The notes beneath the pieces were generated by a model that saw only the letters and a program-made list of their open reading frames with translations, made no database searches and had not been told where the DNA came from. A stretch of DNA of 64,000 bases. Source: Candidatus Iainarchaeum sp. GTDB lineage: Archaea; Iainarchaeota; Iainarchaeia; Iainarchaeales; GCA-2688035. Positions 56,517 through 64,000 of this stretch are shown here, one piece after another. Position numbers and translations under genes: made by a program. The stretch covers positions 10,064 through 74,063 of the forward strand of contig JAFCCO010000006.1 of NCBI GenBank assembly GCA_017610175.1, in the 5' to 3' direction. Numbering within the stretch: position 1 is the first letter of the stretch; each line of letters begins with the position of its first letter.

Positions 56517-57296
56517 TTGGATCCAAAAAAAGCGAAAACAATTGTCATAAAGCTTGGGACAAGCAGTGTAATGCACAACAATCGCATAAACACCGCTTTG
56601 CTAAACGACATTGCAAAAGATATTTCAGAACTTGTCCGAGACGGAAAGAATGTAATAATTGTTTCAAGCGGGGCAATAGGCTTAGGGCTTGAGAGAATGC
56701 ACTTAAACGGGCCAAGCCATTCAATTGATATGCAGCAGGCAATGGCTGCAATTGGCCAAAGCCAGCTGATGAACGGGTATGAGAATGCGTTTGCAAAATT
56801 CAACCAGGTGATTGCACAGGTTCTTCTCACCCAGCGCGATTTGGAGGAAAAAATCTGCCTGCAGAACCTGAGAAACACGCTTGCAAAACTTCTTGCGCTA
56901 AACATTGTTCCTGTTTTAAACGAAAACGATGCGGTTGCAACAGACGAGCTTGCTTTTACGGCACATTTTTCAGACAACGATTTGCTTGCCACAAAACTTG
57001 CACTGCATACCAACGCGGACCTTCTCATAATGGTTTCACATGTTGGAGGGCTTTTCACACAAAACCCGGAATCAAACGATTCGGCAGAGCTTATTGAAAA
57101 AGTAAACAGCATTAAAGACCTTGGTGTGGTGGTAAATGGCAAGAGCAGGAACGGAAAAGGCGGGTTTGCAACCAAGCTTGAGGCCGCTGAACTTGCGATG
57201 AAACACAAGGTGCCGCTGATTGTTACATCGGGAAAAAAAGGATTTATTAAAAGAATTTTAAACGGAGAAATAGAGGGAACTCTTTTTGAGGGGTGA
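56517..57296 (+). CDS. proB: Glutamate 5-kinase (no PUA domain)
   Basis: VIKLGTS, VSSGAI, AAIGQ, AQVLLT, NEND, DND, GG..TK. Confidence 0.92.
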   Translation: MDPKKAKTIVIKLGTSSVMHNNRINTALLNDIAKDISELVRDGKNVIIVSSGAIGLGLERMHLNGPSHSIDMQQAMAAIGQSQLMNGYENAFAKFNQVIAQVLLTQRDLEEKICLQNLRNTLAKLLALNIVPVLNENDAVATDELAFTAHFSDNDLLATKLALHTNADLLIMVSHVGGLFTQNPESNDSAELIEKVNSIKDLGVVVNGKSRNGKGGFATKLEAAELAMKHKVPLIVTSGKKGFIKRILNGEIEGTLFEG

Positions 57297-57301
57297 TTTA
57301 A

Positions 57302-58735
57302 TTGCAGGAAAAAGAACAGGGAATAACGGAAAAAAAATCGGAAAACTTTTCAGAATGGTACAACCAGGTAATTCTAAAGGCTGAGCTTGCGGATTACGCG
57401 CCGGTGCGCGGATTTATGGTTATTCGCCCGAACGCTTTTGCGCTCTGGGAAGGAATCCAAGCACACTTCAACCAGGTGATTAAAGGGCACGGGGTAAGAA
57501 ACGCATACTTTCCGCTTTTAATTCCCGAGAGCTTTTTCAAAAAAGAGGCAGAGCATGCGGAGGGCTTTGCGCCGGAACTGGCTTGGGTTGACGGGGAAAA
57601 CAAGGACTCAGATGAACGGGTTGCGATAAGGCCGACAAGCGAAACAATTATTTACGACAGCTACTCCAAATGGATTCGCTCCTGGAGGGATTTGCCCCTT
57701 CGCATCAACCAATGGTGCAATGTTTTAAGGTGGGAGGTAAAGCAAACAAAGCTTTTCCTCAGAACAAGAGAATTCCTGTGGCAGGAAGGGCACTGTGTCT
57801 ATGCAACAAAGGACGAATGCGACACGGAAACAAGGCTTTTCATTGATGAATACCAAAAAATGTGCGAAGAGCTTCTTGCAATCCCAGTAATTCTCGGAAA
57901 GAAAACGGACGCTGAAAAGTTTGCGGGCGCATTCTACACATTCACAATTGAGGCGCTGATGCCTGATGGGAAAGCACTGCAGATGGGAACATCCCACAAT
58001 CTTGGGCAGGGCTTTGCAAAGGCGTTTGGAATAAACTTCCTTGACCGGAATGAAAAGGAACAGCTTCCATGGCAGAGCAGCTGGGGGTTTTCCACAAGGC
58101 TTATTGGGGCAGTCGTAATGGTGCACAGTGACGACAAAGGGCTTGTTCTTCCCCCAAGGCTTGCGCCAAACAAGGTGGTAATAGTTCCGATTCTATTTAA
58201 GGACTCAAAGGAAAAGGTCCTGAAGAAAGCCAGGGAAATTGCGGGGAAACTCAAAAAGTTCGGCGCAATTTTTGACGAAAGGGATTCATACTCCCCCGGT
58301 TGGAAATTCAATGAGTGGGAACTTAAGGGAATTCCAATCAGGATTGAATTTGGCCCAAAGGACATGGAAAAGGGAAGTGCGGTTCTCGTAAGGCGCGACA
58401 CCGGTGAAAAGGAAGTTGTAAAGCTTGACAAAATCGACAAGCGCGTTGCAGAGCTCCTTGAAGAGATTCACAACGGCCTGCTTGCAAAGGCCACAAAGTT
58501 CCTTGAGTCAAACACCATAAAGGCAAAGGACTGGTCAGAATTCCAAAAAGCAATTGAGGCAAGAAAAATGGTTCTTGTTCCGTTCTGCTGTTCAGAGGCC
58601 TGTGAGGAAGACATTAAGGACGAAACAACGGCTTCAAGCAGATGCATTCCGTTTGGCCAGAAACCGGTTAAGGCAAAGTGCGTGAAGTGCGGAAAGCCGG
58701 CTGACAAGCTTGTTTACTTTGCAAAAGCATACTAG
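57302..58735 (+). CDS. proS: Proline--tRNA ligase (archaeal/eukaryotic type)
   Basis: FSEWY, RPTSET, FLRTREFLWQEGH, GTSHNLGQ, C-terminal Zn site and AKAY. Confidence 0.97.
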   Translation: MQEKEQGITEKKSENFSEWYNQVILKAELADYAPVRGFMVIRPNAFALWEGIQAHFNQVIKGHGVRNAYFPLLIPESFFKKEAEHAEGFAPELAWVDGENKDSDERVAIRPTSETIIYDSYSKWIRSWRDLPLRINQWCNVLRWEVKQTKLFLRTREFLWQEGHCVYATKDECDTETRLFIDEYQKMCEELLAIPVILGKKTDAEKFAGAFYTFTIEALMPDGKALQMGTSHNLGQGFAKAFGINFLDRNEKEQLPWQSSWGFSTRLIGAVVMVHSDDKGLVLPPRLAPNKVVIVPILFKDSKEKVLKKAREIAGKLKKFGAIFDERDSYSPGWKFNEWELKGIPIRIEFGPKDMEKGSAVLVRRDTGEKEVVKLDKIDKRVAELLEEIHNGLLAKATKFLESNTIKAKDWSEFQKAIEARKMVLVPFCCSEACEEDIKDETTASSRCIPFGQKPVKAKCVKCGKPADKLVYFAKAY

Positions 58736-58738
58736 CTT

Positions 58739-59200
58739 TTAGGAAACGTATTGAGGGGGCTCTGAACTGAGCCCCAGTTCCATTTCCTCAATTAGTGCAT
58801 TGTCTATTTTGCGGTTGACCAATCCTGTAAATAGGAACCCGGCCCTTGAGTAAAGCTCTTTTGCGGCTGTGTTGGACTGCTTTACAAAAAGCACTATCCT
58901 TTCAATTTTCCTCTTTTTTAGGAATTCAATTGCAAAGTCAAAAAGTTTTTTTCCAATCCCCTTGCCGCGTTTACTCTCCAAAACAGTTAGCCCGTTAATC
59001 CGTGCAATTCCCTGCTCCAGAAAAACAACTTCCACAAAGCCAAGAATTTTTCCCTTCTCCACTGCCTTGAAGATTGAAATGGTGCCTGTGCGAAGCGCAT
59101 TAACTGCCTCACCATCATTCCTTTCAACATAGGGGAATTCTTTCTGAATCAGCTGCGTTATTTTCGCAAGGTCCCCTTCACCGGCTTTCGTAATTTTCAT
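58739..59200 (-). CDS. GNAT acetyltransferase
   Basis: V....RGKGIG, N..A..LY...GF. Confidence 0.88.
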   Translation of the reverse strand: MKITKAGEGDLAKITQLIQKEFPYVERNDGEAVNALRTGTISIFKAVEKGKILGFVEVVFLEQGIARINGLTVLESKRGKGIGKKLFDFAIEFLKKRKIERIVLFVKQSNTAAKELYSRAGFLFTGLVNRKIDNALIEEMELGLSSEPPQYVS

Positions 59201-59877
59201 AGCCTTTTCCTTGAAAGAAACTGATCTATTTCATCGTGGCTTATTGCGCATCCTGCATACTTTACCGCGTAAAGTGCGGCTTCAAGCGCCTGCTTGTTTC
59301 GGGGAAGTTCCCCTCCGAGAAGATTTCGCTCAAATGCAAGTGCCACAAGTTCAATGCTTCTCACAATGTTCAGGTCTGCGAACATGTTGCGCAATGCGTT
59401 TGAGTTTTCAGTTCTCAAAAACAGCCTTGTCTTCCGCCTTCTCTCCATAAGGCTTTTGAGTTTCTTTGGGCTTTCAATAATCGTTCTCGTTGTTCTTTCA
59501 TCAATTACCAGCAGGTTGGAGCCAAGCTGCCTTGTGAGCGCAAGCGCATCAATTTCACCGCGCTGAATAAGCTTTATTGGCTTGCCGCGCAGGAAAAGAA
59601 TCTGGTTTGCCTTTTCATCAATTTCGCGTGCGAACTCCAGGTGCTCCTTGTCAAGATTCCTTATCTCAAGCCAACCCCTGTCAATAACGTTTTGCAAGCG
59701 CACTGCATTCAGTTCAAACCGCCTGATTGTAAGCGGCCTTTTCACAACCTCGTCGTAAACGGATTCGGGCACAACAAAAGTGTTCTTGTCCCCCTGCTTT
59801 AGTTCCCCAAGCAGGTTGATTATGCAGCTTTGGCTCATGGAAATTAGGCTGCTTGCGTCAAAAATTGCAATCATCAA
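59197..59877 (-). CDS. PIN-domain protein (DUF3368-like)
   Basis: FDASSLI, V..EV, GEIDALAL, IDERTTR. Confidence 0.75.
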   Translation of the reverse strand: MMIAIFDASSLISMSQSCIINLLGELKQGDKNTFVVPESVYDEVVKRPLTIRRFELNAVRLQNVIDRGWLEIRNLDKEHLEFAREIDEKANQILFLRGKPIKLIQRGEIDALALTRQLGSNLLVIDERTTRTIIESPKKLKSLMERRRKTRLFLRTENSNALRNMFADLNIVRSIELVALAFERNLLGGELPRNKQALEAALYAVKYAGCAISHDEIDQFLSRKRL

Positions 59878-59885
59878 AACCCCCC

Positions 59886-60434
59886 TTAAAGAAGCTCCCT
59901 AAGTTTTTTCATTCTCTGTGCAATGCTGAGCTCGCTTCTTTCCCTGTCGGAAATTCTTGTTGCTCCAATATAATCAAGCACGTCCTTTTTTTCCGCACCG
60001 GTGAGTGCTGTAGCCTGGCTTAGGCTTAAGCCGATTGAGTATGCGGAACTTGCATACTTTACCTTTGCCTTTTCATGGATGCTTCTTGCAAAGTTTCCAA
60101 GCTTTGCGTCAATCCCATTAATCTCCTTCACAATCCCTTCAAGCCTTCTCTCAAACTCAATGCGGTTGTTCGTTTCAAGCGCTTCGGTTGCCCTTTCAAG
60201 TGAGCTTACAACCTTTTTCTTTACGCGGCGCCATTTTTCATTGCTTATAATGTGTGACTTGGTGCTTAGCTTGTGAAGCGAGTAACCCATCATGGCAGTT
60301 TCTGCAAGCAGCTTGTTGTTTTCAATTGCAGCAGTTTCCATAAGCTTGTTGCTTAAAGCCCTTAACCGCATCACGTCCCCGCTTGAGAACGTTTCCTTAA
60401 TCTTTTGAACAGCTTTCGCCATTTTTGGAGACAT
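59886..60434 (-). CDS. Helical protein with C-terminal HTH (UPF0175-like)
   Basis: GLSLSQATALTG motif; directly upstream of the PIN gene. Confidence 0.6.
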   Translation of the reverse strand: MSPKMAKAVQKIKETFSSGDVMRLRALSNKLMETAAIENNKLLAETAMMGYSLHKLSTKSHIISNEKWRRVKKKVVSSLERATEALETNNRIEFERRLEGIVKEINGIDAKLGNFARSIHEKAKVKYASSAYSIGLSLSQATALTGAEKKDVLDYIGATRISDRERSELSIAQRMKKLRELL

Positions 60435-60482
60435 ATTAACCCAATTAAAAGAATGCGTTCTGTCTATTTAATTCTTTGGTAA

Positions 60483-60842
60483 CTAGCCTAGAATTCTTCT
60501 TACCGTTTCAAGCAATGCGTTTGGGCTAAACGGCTTTGTAATATAGTCCACAATGCCCGCGGACATTAATTCCGCTTTCCTTTTGGGTGAGGCTTCAAGC
60601 ACTGTTAGGAAAACAACCCTTACATTCAGTTTTCTTTTTTTTATTTTTTGGTAGACGTCCCACCCACTCATTTCAGGCATCATCACATCAAGCAAAATAA
60701 GGTCCGGTTTTTCTTCAAGCTTTTCCAGGCACTCCTTTCCGCTTTTTGCAGTTATTACTGTGTAATTGTTTGATTCCAGCGCGGTTTTCACAGTAGCAAG
60801 AATGTCTTCTTCGTTGTCCACCACAAGAATCTTTTTTGCCAT
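60483..60842 (-). CDS. Single-domain response regulator
   Basis: ILVVDNE, DLILLDVMMP, FLT, KPF. Confidence 0.93.
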   Translation of the reverse strand: MAKKILVVDNEEDILATVKTALESNNYTVITAKSGKECLEKLEEKPDLILLDVMMPEMSGWDVYQKIKKRKLNVRVVFLTVLEASPKRKAELMSAGIVDYITKPFSPNALLETVRRILG

Positions 60843-60846
60843 TTGT

Positions 60847-62775
60847 TCACTTCCTTGGCAGTGAAAAGTAAAATGTTGAGCCCTTGCCCTGCCTGCTTTT
60901 TACGCCGACTTCTCCGCCGTGCTCCTCAATTATTCCCTTGCATATTGCCAGACCAAGCCCTGTTCCGCCGGCCTCCCTTGTTTCGGAAGTCTGGGCCTGG
61001 AAAAATTTGGTGAACAGCTTTGGAATATTTTCATCGCTTATTCCAATTCCTGTGTCCTTTACCTCAACAACAACATTGCCATTTTTTGTAAAGGCATTTA
61101 TTGTAATCCCCCCCTTTTTAGTGAACTTTACTGCGTTCTTTACAAGATTTCCAAGCACCTGGCTTATTCTTCTCTTGTCTCCTTTTACAATGGGAAGCTT
61201 GCCCTTTATCTTGTGCCCTATTTTGATTTTTTTCTCGTTTGCAGCAGCCTTCATGTCCTGTTCGACAGTTTTGATTATTTTAACAATATCCAGGTTCTGC
61301 ATGTCAAACCTCATTGCCCTTGATTCAAGCCTGCTTATGTCGAGCACGTCGTTGATGAGAAGTTCAAGCCTGAGAGTGTTCCTGTGAACAATGCTTAGGA
61401 ACTGCGTTTCCTTTTCACGCGGCAGTTCCTTGTTCAGCATTATTTCAACATAGCCCCTTATTGGGGTAATTGGGGTTTTGAGTTCGTGCGCCGCAATATT
61501 CATAAAATCGGCCTTCAGCTTGTCAAGTTTTTTTAGCTCTACAAACGCCTTTGCCATTTCCTCTTCAACCTTTTTAAGCGGGGTTATATCGTGCACGATA
61601 AGTTGCGCAAAGTTGATTTTCCCCTCCCGATTTTTTATCGGCTCAATGTGTGCGGAATACCATCTTTCTTTCCCTCGGACAACTGATTTGCTTTCCGAAT
61701 CTATTCCCTCGCCCTTGCTTATTGCATGCGTTATTGTTCTCATTTGCCCATCTGCAATTTTCTTTGGAAACAAGTCCCCCATGGTCTTCCCAATAAAGTC
61801 GGATGGCTTCCCCCCCAGCTCGTTTGCGGCAGTTTTGTTCATTGAGATGAATGTCCCGTCAACCTTTACGGAGAAAATTGGCTCTCCCGCATTCTCAACA
61901 AGGTGTCTGTATTTTTCCTCCGATTCACGCAGCATCTCTTCGGCTTCCAATTTTTCACTAATATCCCTGAACACCCAGACAAAGTTTGTTGGCCTTCCCT
62001 TGGAGTCAAGCACAGCGGTTCCTGAAATCGAAACAGGGATCTCTTTGCCGCTTTTTGTAAGTGCAATTGCATCAAATTTGGCGGCTTTCCCTGTGCGGGC
62101 TGCGTTCCGCATTTCTTTTTTGTGTTTTGCTTTCTCGCGTTTTGGGAAAATTTTGAATATATTTTTTCCAATTGTTTCTTTTTCGGAGTAACCCCCAAGC
62201 TTTGTAAATGCTTTGTTAACGGCGACAATTCTTTTGTCCCTGCCATTTATTACCACAAGCGCGTCTCCCATTGTGTCAAGGTAAATTTTTGAGTCCTTCA
62301 ATTTGTTTGTGGTTCTCTGCTCTTCAGTAATGTCGGATGCGACCACCAAGTCTTTGACAAGTCGCCCTTGCTTGTCCCTAATGGTGCTGGCAACTATTTT
62401 CATTTCATATTGCTTTCCTTTCTTGTCTTTGATGGTTAGTGTGTAGGGTTCAACTTTTTTTCCAAGCACCCTGGCAGCGAATTTTTTGAGAAGAATTTTT
62501 TTGCTTTTAAGCGGAATAAACGGAAATCTAAAAATATATTTTCCCGCCACCTCTTTTTTGGAGTAGCCGGTGAATTTGTACACATTTTTGTTTACATCAA
62601 GAACTTTTCCTTTGGGGTCAAGCACAATAATCATTTCAGGCAGTGTTGCAAACAGTGCCCTGCAGTTTTCAAGTTCCTTTTCCTGCACTGCCCTTTTTCT
62701 ATGAAGTTTTTCAAGCTCACGCTCAAGCTTTGCAGCTTCCTTTCTGGAACTGTTTTTCGTGCTTTTTGCAGCCAT
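60847..62775 (-). CDS. Cytoplasmic PAS (x3) sensor histidine kinase
   Basis: Three PAS/PAC units (DIT/DIS), AHELKTP, NLVKNAVKF, DTGIG, GTGLGL; start uncertain (62775-62859). Confidence 0.93.
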   Translation of the reverse strand: MAAKSTKNSSRKEAAKLERELEKLHRKRAVQEKELENCRALFATLPEMIIVLDPKGKVLDVNKNVYKFTGYSKKEVAGKYIFRFPFIPLKSKKILLKKFAARVLGKKVEPYTLTIKDKKGKQYEMKIVASTIRDKQGRLVKDLVVASDITEEQRTTNKLKDSKIYLDTMGDALVVINGRDKRIVAVNKAFTKLGGYSEKETIGKNIFKIFPKREKAKHKKEMRNAARTGKAAKFDAIALTKSGKEIPVSISGTAVLDSKGRPTNFVWVFRDISEKLEAEEMLRESEEKYRHLVENAGEPIFSVKVDGTFISMNKTAANELGGKPSDFIGKTMGDLFPKKIADGQMRTITHAISKGEGIDSESKSVVRGKERWYSAHIEPIKNREGKINFAQLIVHDITPLKKVEEEMAKAFVELKKLDKLKADFMNIAAHELKTPITPIRGYVEIMLNKELPREKETQFLSIVHRNTLRLELLINDVLDISRLESRAMRFDMQNLDIVKIIKTVEQDMKAAANEKKIKIGHKIKGKLPIVKGDKRRISQVLGNLVKNAVKFTKKGGITINAFTKNGNVVVEVKDTGIGISDENIPKLFTKFFQAQTSETREAGGTGLGLAICKGIIEEHGGEVGVKSRQGKGSTFYFSLPRK

Positions 62776-62929
62776 CTTGCATTGCCTCAATTTGCCCATT
62801 TTCCAAACAACAGGCAATATAATTACGCCTCCTTTATTTTTAAGACTTGTTTTTTGCATGCCAAAACTAATAGCTTAAATGATAGTATTATATGTAAGTT
62901 AAGACAAAATATTTTTGGAGGTAGTTGCC

Positions 62930-63289
62930 TTGGCTAAAATTCTTGTATGTGATAACGAAGAGGACACCGTTGTTCTGATTGAATCTCTCTTAAAGGGGGA
63001 GGGCTTTGAGGTTGTCAAAGCGTTCAGCGGGGAGGATGCCCTTGAGGTTTGGGAAAGGGAAAAGCCTGATTTAATTTTGCTTGACATAATGATGCCCGGA
63101 CTCAGCGGCTGGGATGTTTACTGGAAAATCAGAAAAAAGGACAAGGAACAGAAAGTGATTTTCATAAGCGTTCTTGAGGTCTTGGATGAGAGAAAGGAAA
63201 ATCTCAAAAAAGAGGGCGTTACGGATTACATTCTTAAACCGTTCAATACCGACGACCTTGTTAAGCGTGTTAAAGCGGCCCTTGAATAA
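62930..63289 (+). CDS. Single-domain response regulator
   Basis: ILVCDNE, DLILLDIMMP, KPF; TTG start after GGAGG. Confidence 0.92.
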   Translation: MAKILVCDNEEDTVVLIESLLKGEGFEVVKAFSGEDALEVWEREKPDLILLDIMMPGLSGWDVYWKIRKKDKEQKVIFISVLEVLDERKENLKKEGVTDYILKPFNTDDLVKRVKAALE

Positions 63290-63291
63290 AG

Positions 63292-63774
63292 TTAAACAAA
63301 TACGGTTGCGATGAAGTCCCCTACAACTTGGCTTATTGCAATCACGGCGATGGCTATCCCAACGTGCTCTCCAATAATCTTTACAGGGGATTCATCCTGT
63401 GCCTTTGCCAGAATGTAACTAAAAAACGCAAGCAGCACAAGTCCGATTGCAATGCTTGCAATTATCGCATTCTCAAGGTTTAGCATAAGAACCGGCAGAA
63501 CAAAAACCATCGCAAAAATGAATTTGGTTAAAAAAGTTGAAATTGTCGCGGCCCAAATTTCCCTTGAAGTGTGTTCATTTTGTGATTCCTCCGCAATATG
63601 CATTCCAAGAGCGTCGGAGAAAGCGTCCGCAATTCCTATGGTAACAATTCCCCCAATAACAACAAGCGTTGAGTGTGTTCCGGCATTCAACCCAACCATT
63701 AACCCAAGGGTTGTGATTATTGCGGATGTAAATCCAAAACTGAAACCCATTCGAATTGAGTGCTTCAGGCTCAT
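63292..63774 (-). CDS. VIT1/CCC1-like membrane protein
   Basis: FG.TSAIITTLG, IADAFSDALGMH..EE. Confidence 0.8.
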   Translation of the reverse strand: MSLKHSIRMGFSFGFTSAIITTLGLMVGLNAGTHSTLVVIGGIVTIGIADAFSDALGMHIAEESQNEHTSREIWAATISTFLTKFIFAMVFVLPVLMLNLENAIIASIAIGLVLLAFFSYILAKAQDESPVKIIGEHVGIAIAVIAISQVVGDFIATVFV

Positions 63775-63814
63775 GTTACCACTAAATTGCTTTGTTCCTT
63801 AAATAGGTTGCGTT

Positions 63815-64000
63815 TCACAGTTCCTTTTCCGAAACAACCAGAATTCCGTTTCGTTTCAGCAGCGCGGTTGTTACCCCGTCTCCATTAACTGCGGTTCCTG
63901 AAAAGTTTCTGCTGTAAATCTTTCCGCATCCGCAGGACGGGCTTCCCTGCTTTGCAATAAATTTTTCCGCACGCTCTCTTTTTGCAATCTCAAGCACAAT
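63815..64000 (-). CDS. DUF523-family protein (2-thiouracil desulfurase-like), C-terminal part cut by the window edge
   Basis: K.GSPSCG.G.IY...F.G....G.GVTTALL..NG. Confidence 0.8.
   Translation of the reverse strand: MVLEIAKRERAEKFIAKQGSPSCGCGKIYSRNFSGTAVNGDGVTTALLKRNGILVVSEKEL

Noticed and set aside
56396-57208. 270-aa minus-strand ORF
   Set aside because: Antisense shadow of proB/gpgS.
61478-62191. 237-aa plus-strand ORF
   Set aside because: Antisense shadow of the histidine kinase.
1-64000. Alternative genetic code, stop readthrough or tRNA introns
   Set aside because: Conserved genes end at expected positions with all three stop codons; all six tRNAs fold without introns.

Overview
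This is a gene-dense chromosomal segment from an archaeon. Archaeal markers include fibrillarin/Nop5, NMD3, GatDE, Dph6, archaeal-type GlyRS/ProRS, ATP-dependent DNA ligase, an A1-U72 tRNA-Gln and TTTAAA TATA boxes. Compact organisation and gene content suggest a DPANN lineage, plausibly Diapherotrites/Iainarchaeota (inference, not proven). The window holds about 75 CDS and 6 intron-less tRNAs; I found no CRISPR array, integrase or transposase. Main blocks: an anaerobic RNR/redox cluster, a DAP-lysine cluster, bacterial-type aspS-gatCA-suhB-gatB plus gatD/gatE, a dispersed glucosylglycerate/mannosylglucosylglycerate-type solute pathway, a proline block and a PAS two-component system. Most notable: (i) an intact, sensor-less GGEEF diguanylate cyclase with a very basic N-terminal leader, one of several orphan proteins with such leaders; (ii) a class III RNR whose glycyl-radical domain is a separate 48-aa gene missing from the ORF track; (iii) a Nop5 whose N-domain is replaced by a repeat-built basic disordered region; (iv) a stand-alone AEP-like protein; (v) tRNA-Pro(GGG) with C33; (vi) clean operator-like repeats. 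All family calls come from motif recognition by eye, without database searches.
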